Shown: in pieces, positions 48,544 to 61,919 of the stretch
How the letters are laid out: each line of letters opens with the position of its first letter
Position numbering within the stretch: the stretch's first letter is position 1
Assembly (NCBI GenBank): GCA_030390025.1
Contig: CM059433.1
Span: 682,001-746,000 of the forward strand
DNA length: 64,000 bases
Reading direction: 5' to 3'
DNA from: Squalus acanthias
Lineage: Eukaryota
Made by a program: the position numbers and the translations under genes
Notes under the pieces: model-generated
Told to the model about the DNA's origin: nothing
The model's database searches: none
Seen by the model: only the letters and a program-made list of their open reading frames with translations

Positions 48544-50594
48544 TGATTCTGTGAAAGCTCCTCTGTATTAACAGTCCTTGTTACATATTTTACCACTCCC
48601 TTAATCCTGCATTAAAGAACTCTGGGGCAAAATTGGATCCCATTGCACCTTTTTTTCAGGTGCAAAACAAGGGCAAAAGGCACCAATTTTGCAGAGCGAT
48701 ATCCCGTGCCCAAACAGTGCTTGAAGTACGTCCAATGCCAGATTAGCTTGGGTGATATATAGGTGTCCCTGGCGGCCGAGTGACACAGGCGTCACATATC
48801 TTGCATATGCTAATGAGGGGCCTAATGCCTGTTAATGGGGTTTCTGCCACACTTCTGGTGAAGTAACACCAGCAGAGCAGGAGCAGCTCCGAGGAGTCTC
48901 CCTGGCCAGGGGGCTGAATAATCTCATGCTGAGATCGAAAAGAACAATCCCTGCACTTGGAAAAGGCAAACACTGTGCTTTAATAGTCACACATTTTAAA
49001 TTACAGTTGATCTATTGCATCATAGTTCTTACTCTCTTTCATAATAAAGCTTTAATTTAATACACAGATTATGAAACAATGTTGTATATTGAATGCGTAA
49101 AAAGCATCTGTGGTGCACTTTATTTGAACCCTTTTACACAAACAATATATTAAATTCAGGAGTCGTGAATCCCACATTAGCCTTTCTTGATTTTTTTCTC
49201 AGTGATAGAGGGACCTGAGTCCTTAAATGTTTCCCAGTTTATCTCTCAGAAGCAGCTCAAGCCTTATCTCTTAATTACCTTCAGATTGTATCTGATGACA
49301 GCAGATAATCATTAGCATTCCTCTTAGATTGTTAGGTGACAATGTTATTTACACAGATCTGCGAGGATGTGGTGCCTCCCAAAAAAAACAAATAAAATAA
49401 AAACTGATTTAATTAAAAAATAACACACACAATATTGAGGATTATTGTGACCCACATGTGCCATTAGTCACAGTGGAATACACTCCAGGACTCAGAGAAA
49501 CATTAAGATTTTCACACAGGGAAAAGGTTTAATTAAAGAAAAAAATTAATAAAAAAGCTCTTCCTTGAACGCAATTGCCCCCACACTGGGTTTAAAAAAT
49601 GGAGTGTGAATTTTTCGGTAGTATTGGAATACTGTCATAACTTTTCGCATAGACCCCTTCCCCACTTTGTTTTGAGGGAGGGGAATGAGATGAGGTACAT
49701 TGTCAAAGAAGCACAGAAGGAGCTCTGCATTCTTTAGCCAATGGCATTCTATGGAAGCGTTTGATGGGGTTAGGGCTTGCCGAGTGGGAAAAACACACTC
49801 TAATCCTTATTTTGTCTGCCCTCACCTTAATAGACACTTGGAATTAAACATAACAAGAGCCCAGCTTTCACATTTGCCCTGCGGCCAATGCGCTGTAGGT
49901 AGAATTTATGTGGGCACTAAGCAAGCACAAAAGAACATATTTTTGGAATTAATGAATCATTGTTCCTGCACCAATCATCAAAACCATCTTTTTCAATATT
50001 TTTGCTCATGTCTTCATAGCTGCATAGGTTGAAATGACATTAACTGAGACATTTGTTATAATAGGGAGCCAAATGTGTCACTTCACTATTGGAGAACAGG
50101 CTGATTGATGTCTCTGGAGGGAATAGATATATTTGATGTGTAAACATACAAAATGGAAGTTAACATTGGTCCCCACCACATTATTTTTTTGTCAGAAAGA
50201 CATTAAGATAATTATAGTTTCATTTTCAGTTTTCTACTAATCACCTCAAAAGATATACATTTCATTTTGTTTCTTTTTCCTTTCAATATTTTTTCATATT
50301 TTATGACCACTCATTCCTCAGATGCAGGGTTTTTACTAAAGTGTCTAAAGTGTCTTACGTGGTTAAACAGCTCAAAACTGACACAGAAATAAATCTACAG
50401 TAAAATGCTATCTTAACTTTACATTCCAAAACTTGATCGATTGAGATCTTTCAAGTGATTTCTGAAGTTAAATGATTAAAACATTATGCTGCATTGGTTT
50501 TTACTTTGCTTCTTTTTATCTGTTGTCTGTAATAAATATAAATGCCTCTCACCGTGTTACAAAAGTGGATTCAATGATAGGCAAATCATTATTA

Positions 50595-52800
50595 CAAAAA
50601 CAAAATACTGCGGATGCTGGAAATCTGAAATAAAAACAGAAAATGCTGGAAACACTTAGCAGGTCAGGCAGCATCTGTGGAGGGAGAAACAGAGTTAACG
50701 TTTCAGGTCGATGACCCTTCGTCAGAACTAGAAAAAGTTGGAGATGGAACAGGTTTTTAAGCAAGTGTAGGGGCCGGGAAAGGGGGAGGGGAGGAAAGAA
50801 CAAAAGGGAAGGTCTGTGATAGGGTGGAAGGCAGGAGAGAATAAGAGACAAAAGGGATGATGGTGCAAGGCAAAAGGAGATGGTAATGGGACAAGTTAAG
50901 AAACAAAAGATGAGTCTAGATGAAGTGTAAATGGCAGAATGATTGACAGCTGCCATGTGAGGAAAGAAAAAAGAAAACATAAAAGAAAAAAAAATAAGGG
51001 CCAAGGTTATAGTCTGAAATTGTTGAACTCGATGTTGAGTCCAGAAGGCTGTAAAGTGCCTAATCGAAAGATGAGGTGCTGTTCCTCAAGCCTACATTGA
51101 GCTTCATTGGAACAGTGTAAGAAGCCGAGGACAGAGAGGTCAGAGTGGGTATGGGGCGGAGAATTAAAGTGACAGGCGACCGGAAGCTCGGGGTCCCCCT
51201 TACGGACTGAACGGAGGTGTTCCACAAAGCGGTCACCCAATCTGCGTTTGGTCTCCCCAATGTAGAGGAGACCACATCGTGAGCAGCAAATACAGTATAC
51301 TAAATTGCAAGAAGTACAAGTAAATCGCTGTTTCACCTGGAAGGAGTGTTTGGGGCCCTGGAAGGGAGGTAAAAGGGCAGGTATTGCATCTCCTGCGCTT
51401 GCACGGGAAGGTGCCATGGGAAGGGGAAGGGGTGTTGGGGGTGATAGAGAAGTGGGCCAGGGTATCACGGAGGGAGCGCTGAAAGGGGAGGGGAGGGGAA
51501 GATGTGTTTGGTGGTGGGATCACGCTGGAGGTGGCGGAAATGGCGGAGGATGATCCGTTGAATGTGGAGGCTGGTGGGGTGAAAGGTGAGGACAAGGGGA
51601 ACCCTATCGTGGTTCTGGGAGGGAGGGGAAGGGGTGAAAGCAGAAGTGCGGGAAATAGAATGGACATGATCAATGGCCGTGTCATCCATGGTAGAGGGGA
51701 ATGCTCGGTTGAGGAAAAAGGAAGACATATCGGAAACACTAGTATGGAAGGTGGCATCGTCAGAATAGATGCAGCAGAGATGGAGAAACTGGGAGCATGG
51801 AATAGAGTCCTTACAGGAAGCGGGGTGGGAGGAAGTGTAGTCCAGGTAGCTGTGGGAGTCAGTGGGCTTATAGTGAATGTTTGTCAATAGCCTATTCCCA
51901 GAAATGAAGTCGAGGAACGGAAGGGAAAAGTCGGAGATGGACCATGTGAAGGGGAAGGAAGGGTGGAAATTGGAAGCAAAGTGAGTGAAATTTTCTAGTT
52001 CAGGGCGAGAGCACGAAACGGCACCGATACAGTCATCAATGTACCGGAAAAAGAGGTGAGGGAGGGGACCTGAGTAGGACTGGAACAAAGAATGCTCCAC
52101 ATAGCCCACGAAAAGGCAGGCATAGCTAGGACCCATGCGGGTTCCCATAGCAACACCTTTAATTTGGAGGAAGTGAGTGGAGTCAAAGGAGAAGTTGTTC
52201 AATGTGAGAACAAGTTCAGCCAGGCAGAGGAGGGTGGTGGTGGATGGGGACTGGTTGGGCCTACATTCAAGGAAGAAGCGGAAGGCTCGCAGACCATCCT
52301 GGTGGGGGATGGAGGTGTAGAGGGATTGGACGTCCATAGTGAAAAGGAGACGGTTGGGGCCAGCAAACTGGAAACTGTTAAAGTGGCTGAGGGCGTCAGA
52401 AGAGTCGCGGATGTAGGTGGGAAGAGACTGGACAAGGGGAGAAAAAATAGAGTCGAAATAGGAAGAGATAAGTTCCATGATGCAAGAACAGGCTGAAACG
52501 ATGGGTCTACCTGGGCAGTCCTGTTTGTGGATCTTGGGAAGGAGGTAGAAGCGGGCTGTGCGGGGTTGGGGAACTATGAGGTTGACGGCTGTGGAGGGAA
52601 GATCTCCAGAGGAGATGAGGTCAGTGACAGTCTTGGAAACAACAGCTTGATGTTCGGTAGTGGGGTCATGGTCCAGGGCGAGTTAGGAGGAGGCATCAGT
52701 GAGTTGGCGTTCAGCCTCCACAAGGTAGAGGTCGGTTCACCAAACAACAACAGCACCACCCTTGTCAGCACGTTTAATGACAATGTTGGGGTTGGATCTG
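50595..52800 (-). mobile_element. Penelope-like element (RT plus GIY-YIG endonuclease, frameshifted) with 3' pLTR
   Basis: MDVQSLYTSIP, QIKGVAMG, RYIDD, PFLD (51465-52478); NLVYCI.C..C.LLYIGETKR (51007-51468). Confidence 0.93.
50693..50729 (-). ncRNA. Minimal type I hammerhead ribozyme motif in the Penelope pLTR
   Basis: AGTT-CTGACGA-AGGGTCATCGACCT-GAAA-CGTT-AACT on the minus strand; stems I and II pair. Confidence 0.75.
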
Positions 52801-54068
52801 ATTAGGCACTTTACAGCCTTCTGGACTCAACATCGAGGACTCAACATCGAGTTCAACAATTTCAGACTATAACCTCGACCCCTATTTTTTTTCTTATTTT
52901 CTTTTTTTCTCTCACATGGCAGCTGTTGATGATTCTGCCACTGCCATTTACACCTCATCTCGAGTCATCTTTTGTTTCTTAACTTGTCCCATTACCATCT
53001 CCTTTTGCCTTGCACCATTATCCCTTTTGTCTTTTAATCTCTCCTGCCTTCCATCCTGTCACTGACCTTTCCTTTTGTTCTTTCCTCCTCCCTTTCCCTG
53101 CCCCTACGCTTGCTTAAAAATCTGTTATATCTCCAACTTTTTCCAGTTCTGACGAAGGGTCATCGTTGTGGGCGATTTTGCCAGCCCTGGGGAGGCAGGT
53201 TTGGAGGTGGTACTGCTGGGAAAATGACAGAATCTGGGACGGGTACCCATCCCGCCCCCCAACCCGCCTCTGTGCCATCTTCCCGGGAGGCGGGTAACCG
53301 ACCCGCGCCGGGTCCCGTCTCCTGGAGGCGGGAAGGGGATTACAGCCACTTAACTGCCTGTTAACAGGTAGTTAACAGGCAGTTAAGAGGATTATCCCCA
53401 TTTCTCCAGCGGAGGTGCGGGCTTCCCGACGTCGGGAAACCCCGCTAGGGTCAGCGAGGCGAGCAGTGGGTCTGCGGGGGTCTGCGGGGTCCAAAAGTGC
53501 GCTATGAAGTTGAGTGATGGGTGCAAATGTGGAGAGGTGAGTATGTGAGGTGAGTGGAAAGTGATAGAAAATGTTTACTTACCTTTGTTTCTTCCCGCAG
53601 GCTTCAACAGTTGGGGAACCGGAGACACCGGCATCTCCACGGCAGAGATGACAGATGGCTGCTGCATTCTCTGATGCAACAACCATCTGATTTCTGCTTA
53701 GCAGATAGGTTTGATGAGTCTTGAATACAAGGACTCATCAAACAACATAGCTTCACAGAGCTGTCAAACGATGACATTTCATCTGTCAAAAATTTTTGAC
53801 AGATAAAACGTCATTCATTGACGTTCTCTGTAACTGGCTTCCCCTTAATTGGCCTGCTAAGTCCGCTGGGCGGGCTTAATAAGGTCAATCCAGGGAAAAT
53901 AGCGTGGGTTGGCCACAAATCGATGGAGGCAGGACTGAAACCCGACAAGCAGCAGTCCCGCCTCCAATGCACCCCCATTCACAAAATCGCCCCCGTTAAC
54001 TCTGTTTATCTCTCCACAGATGCTGCCTGACCTTCTGAGTATTTCCAGCATTTTCTGTTTTTATTTTA
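52801..54068 (+). repeat. Inverted Penelope pLTR (52801-53167 and 53995-54068) split by a MITE
   Basis: Reverse complement of about 51065-50625, abutting the element's truncated 5' end. Confidence 0.85.
53168..53994. mobile_element. Harbinger-type MITE
   Basis: TIR G(T/G)GGGCGATTTTG; GTT on both sides; subterminal sequence resembles 18356-18600 and 23150-23309. Confidence 0.8.
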
Positions 54069-54693
54069 GGCAAATCATTGTTCACTGTGCTTTTTTAAAC
54101 AATATTATCTCAATGCTAGGTTATTCAGATGTATATTCCCGAAATGCTTTCCAGTTAAGGCCAATTTTGTTTGGTAAACACATGCAAAATGGTGAGCACT
54201 GCTACCTCCTTAAGTGTGAAAGGCACTGAGATCTCTCGCAGAACATGTCATCAGAGGCATATTGCCATGGGTGTGTATATGGGACTGGGATCTATCAATA
54301 ACAAACTGCTTACGCCAAAACCATAGATTTTTTCTTGAAAAAGATTAATCTTTCCTGCTAATGATTGATTATATATCGAAATAGCTGATGTGATTATAAA
54401 CGAGGGTTATGAATTTCTGGGAATCATTGTAAGCTCCTGATATTACAGTTACAGGGTCTGAGCATTATTGTGCATCAAGATCAAGATAATTATATACCAC
54501 ATCTGAAAACAAATTGGTAGGTCGCAGCGTGGTAATTCATTCCGACGTGCTACCAGCTTCATTTTCACCTCATTACAAATATCTCACAGATGCCTATAAC
54601 AACAATTACAAATTGTATGGTGGGGGCTTAAAAGCCCAACTTAAAGCCACAGGCAGGTGTGAGTCTATAGACTGGTCCTTAATACAACTTTGA

Positions 54694-56033
54694 GGCCTAG
54701 AAATTGGAATCTTTAGCACCATCCGTTAAGGCCGGTTTTGAAGAAAGAATGGCGGCCGCCTCGCTTCTGCCTGTTTCTGACGTGGAATTTATGACGGCTG
54801 CCATATTGGGCAGGTCGGCAGCGATGCCATTGCCTGCGCTCGCCGCAAATATTTTAATGACCAGGAGCATGACGTCAATCGGCGTGCAATGACGAATTGA
54901 TGCATGCTCAGCGATTTTGGACGTCACCGCTCCTCTTACCGCCCTCTCCAAAGCACATCCGTGTGTTCAGCCGTTGACAGTGCGTGGAGCCGGGATCTCC
55001 GCCAAAGTCTTCAATAACTCTGCAGAGTATGTCCAGTCCAGTGAGATGGCTCATGGTGATTGCTGCAGAAACACATCAGCAGATTGAATGCCTGTTGTAT
55101 ACACGTTACATGTCAGCACTCACCCGGAGCAGGGCAGTGAGTTCTGGCACAATATGTACAGAACAGCATCTGGTTAAAATAGTCTGGGGGGCTTGTACTG
55201 CATCTAAAGGCTTGATCCATTACTGTCGCTTGCAGTTGTGTCAGTAAACTGGAAATGAAATGATATTTGGGCTTTGTAAATGCTTATTGTTATTGTTACA
55301 AACATCCGTATGGAATATGCATCCTGTTTCTCTGAAGTAACAGGTGTGTGCTTATTACTTTTTCAATGAAAGGAGACCGAATGACGGTTTCTGAAGGAAT
55401 TTGTACATCTGCTTTTCCTCGAATCGATAATCAGGTGTTCAGGGTATCCAGTAAACTTTTCACATCTCTTGGTCTATTCATGGATCACCAATGCCCGCTC
55501 TGACATCCAGTATTACAAACAAATCTCCCAATCCCAATAGACCATTGCCCTTTCAAAATGCTTATCCGGATACTGTCTAGAGAGATACAATCCTGAAAAG
55601 ACTTACAGTGAAAAGCCTCTGTAATAACAGAGCTTATTCACTATGTATGTGTATTAAAAGAATAGGTTGCTTTTATTTGTATTCTAGGAGTAGAATCGGA
55701 AATATTGGTTGCATTCTTTAAAATATGACAGATTAGTCTATTTTTATGCTTTCATTTATCTAGCACACCCTCTCTGTCAACCGAGAAACATAACCGGAAA
55801 CATAGCAGTTCACTTTAGTAAATCACGATTTCCTGATAACGCCGCACAGATCCTTTCGACCCGACCTTCGGCCTCCTGCTGATCTCACTGCCGGAAAGAG
55901 CGCTTTGCACGGGAGGCTCTGCGCTGCGCTCATTTAACTCAGCAGGTGCTGCCTGCTATTGTTTTGCGGGCGTCCGTTAACTTTGGCCCGCGGTGTTACT
56001 GCCCGTTTTCGGGCTTAATCGAATATCTAGGCC
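54694..56033. mobile_element. Non-autonomous Harbinger element with unrelated internal sequence
   Basis: GGCCTAGAAATT ... AATATCTAGGCC; 54694-54960 is homologous to 61920-62145; TSD not recognisable. Confidence 0.65.
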
Positions 56034-57357
56034 AAAGAGTCCAGAATTGTCAGTTTGACACCAGCAGACCCACTTTACACAGTTAGCTAAGAATTCTGAC
56101 AAGCTGATCATACATATGACTACAGGCAAGTGCTTTACATCCATATCCTGTGGGCAGCTGCTCATCGATCGGTTATTAGAATATTGCTGTACTAATTACC
56201 AGTTACAGAGCATGAAAGGCAGTTATAAAACAGCCATTAGCCCACTCAAGAACCAGAGAGCTTACAGGTGGGCTTGAGTGCTAATTATATAAGGGAACAG
56301 ATGCTGAAGGACATGAAATGGACTAGCGGAATCCTCAGCAAGAATTTGACACCCTTAAACACCAGAACATTGCAAAAATTTCTGGCTGCTTTCATCTCCT
56401 GAGAAACTTGGAGCCAGAAGGGTCTTGGGCTTCTTCATTAATCACTGATATCCTCTTCAGCCTTAATTTATTTCACATTGACGCTGAATGATGACAGATG
56501 TGCTGAAATTCAGCAACTGACACCAGGGGCTGAAACCGTGATACAAAGTGCTCTGTGTCTAACTATATCGGGCCCTGATAGCCGGACAGGGGGGAGCCAG
56601 CCCCACAATTTCTTAGGAATGTTTCAACTGAAGGATGGGACTCATTTATTTCTTAAGGACACTGATGAGAAAAATTAGAGCAGTAATTACATTTGCTGGG
56701 TCAGGAACCTTATAATTATGTGAATAAAATATCAGGATCTGCCTTTGCTGACCTTAATGCAATTTAACTGTGGATTGAATTACATTTAAATCAATTTATT
56801 TTTACTTTTCATTTGCTCTTTTGAGATCAAACACTTTTTCAATACATTATTTCTAAAAATTGACTGTTTTGTATCACCTTTTTCTAAAATGGTTTCTTTG
56901 TGAAAATGTATGGTAAAGTTTTCTAGATGACTATAGTATGACCATTAAGCCAGTGGTAATGTTTATGCTACTTAGTTCTATGGCTATATTACTATGATCA
57001 CCAGAATTACCCCCAACTGGGTTTCACAGTGTTTTTATTGTTATTAGAAACGGGACAATCAGCGTAACAACAAATGGCGCATGTCGAAGTGATAGTAACG
57101 TTCGAAACTACGCCACGCGCACAATTTTTCCACTCCAAGTGAAAGCTGCTATGTTTGGTGTAATTGAGACATGCCTGCAGCTGGCGTTAGTTTCAAGACA
57201 GTACAATGAAAAAGGGCAGTATGAGACACGCGCTTGGCCACTCACTGGCACTGCCAGAGGCAGCTGCATCTCGGTTACCTCATTGCTGCAGAACAGATGG
57301 GGCACAGGAGATGGAGGAGGCCATAACTCCCAGAATGAATCCGTAAGCCATGTAGTA

Positions 57358-58275
57358 AAAAAAGACATGCATTTAAATAGCGCCTTTCACAACCTTAGGA
57401 CATCCCAAAGCGCTTTAAAGCCAATTTAGTATTTTTGAAGTGTAGTCACTGTTGTAATGTAGGAAACGCGGCAGCCAATTTGCGCACAGCAAGCTCCCAC
57501 AAAAAGCAATGTGATAATGGCCAGATAATCTGTTTTAGTGATGTTGATTGAGGGATAAATATTGTCGAGAACACTGGGAAGAACTCCCCTGCTCTTCTTC
57601 AAAATAGTGCCATGGGATCTTTTATGTCCACCTGAGAGGGCAGACGATTTTACATCTCATCTGAATGATAGCACCTCCGGCAGTGCAACACTCCCTCAAT
57701 ACTGCACTGGAGTGTCAGTCAATATTTTGTGCTTACATCTCTGCAATGGAACCAGAATGATACCCAGACTTCAAGGGTTAAGTTATGAGGAGAGATTACA
57801 CAAACTAGGGTTTGTATTCCCTAGAATTTAGAAGGTTAAGCGGTGATCTGATCGAAGTTTTCAGGATATTAAGGGGAACAGATGGGGTAGAGAGAGAGAA
57901 ACTATTTCCGCTGGCTGGGGAGTCTAGGACTAGGGGCATAGTCTAAAAATTAGAGCCAGATCTTTCAGGAGTGAAATTAGGAAACACTTCTACACACAAA
58001 GTGTGGTAGAAGTTTGGAACTCTCTTCCGCAAACGGCAATTGATGCTGGATCAATTGTTAATTTTAAATTGAAGATGTTGATTGAGGGATAAATATTGTC
58101 GAGAACACTGGGATATGGGCCAAAGGTGGGTATCTGGAGTTAGATCGCAGATCAGCCATGATCTCATTGAATGGCAGAACAGGCTCGAGGGGCTGAATGG
58201 CCTCCTCCTGTTCCTATGTTCCACAACCTTCTGATTCAGAGGTGGGAGTGCTACTGTTGAGCCACGGAAGACACC
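57358..58275 (-). mobile_element. Deu-type SINE split by a CR1 (57750-58222)
   Basis: Reverse complement of 25448-25922; the tRNA head resumes at about 58223. Confidence 0.8.
57750..58222 (+). mobile_element. CR1 3' fragment
   Basis: TRMIPRLQGLSYEERL; standard 3' UTR. Confidence 0.85.
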
Positions 58276-58559
58276 TCAAGTAGTACCTGCCTGGCTGCTT
58301 GAAAGTGACAGTGCAGGAGGTGGCTCAGACTCAGAAGGGCAATTACAGTTACTTACCACAAGTTACAGGGTCAGAGTCAATAGTTTTTACAGCCTTTCTG
58401 AGAGCAATGTAAGTGACTGTAGAACTCATGCTCTACCTTGCTGCTACCTTCCGAGTTCTAATAGTGGCTGAAGCTCATTCCCTTCCTAGTTTAAGCTCTT
58501 AGCAACATAGGAACTGGAGTAGGCCATTCTGCCACTCGAGCTAGGAACAGTAGAGGTCT

Positions 58560-59265
58560 AAAACAATTTAAGGGTCAATGTACGCAGATCACTAAAATGT
58601 AGTAGGTACAAAGAATAATCAAAAAGGCTAATGAATGTTCACCTTTATAATTAGAGGGCTGGAATATAAAAAGAAGGAAGTTTTGCTGCAGCTATACAAT
58701 GCCCTATTTAGACCACATCTGGAGTACTGTGTACAGTTCTGCACACAGGACCTTAGAAAGGATATATTGGCCTTGAATGGAGTGCAGTGCAGATTCACCA
58801 GACTGTTACCAGGGCTCCAAGGGTTAGATTATGAGGAAATATTAAGTAAATTAGGCTTGTATTCCCTGGGATATAGAAGGTTAAGGGGTGATTTGATTGA
58901 GGTTTTTAGGATTTTGAAAGGAATTGAGAGAGTAGGTAGAGAAAAACTTTTTTTGCTGGTGGGGGAGTCTAAGACACGGGTACATAATCTTAAAATCAGA
59001 GCCAGGCCATTCAGGAGAGAAGTTAGGAAACACTTCTTCACACAAAGAGTGGTAGAAGTGTGGAACTCTCTCCCACAAAAAGCAGTAGATGCTGGCTTAA
59101 TTAATAACTTTAAATCTGAGTTTGATAGATTTTTGCTAGACAAGGGTATAAAAGGATATGGAGACAAGGCAGGTGAATGCAGTTAAGATACAGATCAACC
59201 ATGATCTCATTGAATGGCGGAACAGACTTGAGGGGCTGAATGGCCTCCTCCTGTTCCTCTGTTCA
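58560..59265 (+). mobile_element. CR1 3' portion
   Basis: ORF 58635-59186. Confidence 0.9.
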
Positions 59266-59299
59266 ATTAGATCAAGCTGATCTGTACTGCACTATCCAT

Positions 59300-59490
59300 A
59301 CTATCTCAACTCCACTTACTCATCTTGGCTCCATATCCCCTGATACTCTTACCTAATAAAAAAGCTATAAATCTCAGTCTAGAACATCTCAATGGACCCA
59401 GCATCCACAGTTTTTTTGGGGGAGAGAGTTCTAGATTTCCACTACCCTTTGTGTGAAAAATGCTTCCTGATTTCACTCCTAAATGGCCTT
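59300..59490 (-). mobile_element. CR1 fragment
   Basis: Inverted match to 59005-59190. Confidence 0.7.
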
Positions 59491-60437
59491 AGGAGGCATA
59501 TTCAGCAAGGGTGTCCTAAAGCCTTTGCATTTTTTGTTCTCTGTAGAATTATTAATAATTTTCAGCCAAGAGCATCTGGGTATTAGGAAGGGGTTATACA
59601 CACTATTCTGGCTTCTGTTGAGCCATGGGTTTCTTCTGGAGCTCTGCTTCAGGTAGTGAAATTTTACAACTTTGGAAAATTGTCACAATACAGTATATAT
59701 GGTTGTAAATCAGACATGATCCTATTGTTTAAGTATTGCACCCTTGAGGTCTGAACGCTTCAATGTACAGGTGGCTGAAGAATTTTATGTAATATTTTGG
59801 AACTATATTCAGCCAGATATTAAAGGTTTTGCAGCTGGAGTGATGAGTTTGTGCACTGCCCTTTCACCTTTGGGACTTGGTTCAAAGCCAGCCGAATTTG
59901 AGAGGATGAAAGTCTCCTCCGTGCCAGCACTGTAAAATTAGATTGTGTAATCTTAGCCCAGTTAAGCGACTTGGTCTATCAAACCCTCTCAGACAATATA
60001 AAATTTGCTGTATCATTGAAGTAGAAACAAATTGGAGCTATTACCACACCAATGGAAATCTGAAAAAATTACAAATTGAGGATTAGGAGAAATGTATTAC
60101 AGGAATAAAATGAACTAAATGGAAGGGAACAATTTAGGCAAAGAACTGGGTAATGGGAGGCCTTAACCTCCATTGAACATCAGAAGTTTTCCCAAATGAT
60201 TGATAGGTCGCCCTGATGTGCCTAAAAGTGGGAAATAATTCTCTTTATTGATTATGATTATTATCAGTAGATTCCAGGTTGTGTTTTGGGGATAACGCTG
60301 CACATAAAACCTTGCTGAAAACAATCAGTTCAACTATTTTGATGAACTGAAGCTTAATGACCTGTAAAAGTTTAGAGTTGCATGACATTGACTTTGAAAT
60401 TATGCTGTGCAAATATTAGTGTATGAATGCTTAATAT

Positions 60438-60608
60438 GTTCATTGCTGTTTGTGGGACCTTGCTGTGCGCAAATTTGCTGCCACGTTTCCCACATTACAA
60501 CAGTGACTCCACTTCAAAAAGTACTTAATTGGCTGTAAAGCGCTTTGAGACGTCCGGTGGTCGTGAAAGGCGCTATATAAATGCAAGTCTTTCTTTCGTT
60601 CTTTTTTT
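60438..60608 (+). mobile_element. SINE 3' fragment
   Basis: Matches 25760-25922. Confidence 0.85.
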
Positions 60609-60721
60609 CCAATGAAATTCGTATTGAACAGAAGTGCTAACCAGTTTAAAATAATTAAACTTCCCCAGATGGTTCAATGAGTTGATCTAGTGAGCGGCTA
60701 CGTCATACGAACCGAAAAGGT

Positions 60722-61447
60722 AAAAAGCAAAAAAAAACTACAAATGCCGGGAATTTGAAACAAAACAGAAATTGGCCAAAACACACAACAGGCCAGTCGC
60801 AATCTGTAGAGAGAATAATACGGGTTGATGTTTAAGCCAGTCTCCTTCTTGTTTGACTGTGTATTTCACAGCAATATATTTATTTGCAGCACTTGCCGGC
60901 AGCTCCAACTCATTCCAAATAGATTCCAGCTAGCGTTACATCTCCTTCTCCTGAATCTTCCCATAATCATTGATATCTTTGTGTCACTCAGCACCCCTCT
61001 GACTACTGTTCTTGGAGTTTCATGTTATATATCCTCTCGACCAGGTACTGTCTCCTTCACACCCTCGACCTCTCTCTTCAGCAGCATCGGCTCAATCTAT
61101 GTCACGGCTGTCCTGGCTCTCTGTCCCACATCATCCTTCATCTTATCTGGCTCTTTAACAGAAACCTTTTTTCCCTTCCTTTCAGGCAGCCAGGAACAGA
61201 AGCCAAACAACTCTTCGATGCCAGCCAGTCTCCCAATCCATCTTCTCCTTGTCTTTCTTCTGACCTGATCTGCCAGGGTTTTCACTGCCCCTTACCTTTC
61301 ACTTTCTCTCCCTGAATGATCTGTCCTGAAAAAGGGCCTTAGCTTCATCCCTCTACACCTCCACCTCAATGAATGTTCGCCGGTCTCTTTCTCTCTACAG
61401 ATGCTGACTGACCTTTTGTGTGTTTCCAGCATTTTCTGTTTTTTGTC
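60722..61447. mobile_element. Degenerate Penelope remnant with inverted pLTR pieces
   Basis: 60722-60835 resembles 50595-50705; 61385-61447 is its inverse; KGLSFIPL-like coding remnant near 61330. Confidence 0.55.
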
Positions 61448-61502
61448 TCTGAAGAAGAAGATGCCAGGTTGAATCCTTTGGTCTGTGCTGAGTTAGTTGG
61501 CA

Positions 61503-61919
61503 CATGGAGAAACTAGAAAAGCTGGGGTTTCTCCTTAGAGCAGAGAAGGTTAAGGGAAGATTTAATAGAGGTGTGATAGAGTTTTGATAGAGTAAATAAG
61601 GAGAAACTGTTTCCTGTGGCAGAAGGGTCAGTAACCAGAGGACACAGATTTAAGATAATTGGCAAAAGAATGAGAGGCAACAAGAGGAGGTTTTATTTTA
61701 TACAATTGTTGTGATCTGGAACGCGCTGCCTAAAAGGGTGGTGGAAGCAAATTCAATAGTAATATTCAAAAGGGAATTGGATAAATACTATAAGGGGAAA
61801 GAAATTGCAGGGCTAGAGTAAAAGGGCAGAGGAATGGGAGCAGTTGGATAGCTCTTTCAAAGAGCTGGCACAATGGGCTGAATTACCTCCTTCTGTTCTG
61901 TATCATTCTATGATTCTAT
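61503..61919 (+). mobile_element. CR1 3' fragment
   Basis: Matches 47785-48195; tail ATTCTATGATTCTATG. Confidence 0.85.

Noticed and set aside
53580..53790. Myb exon inside the MITE
   Set aside because: Only a GTAAGT donor and a faint resemblance; too degenerate to call
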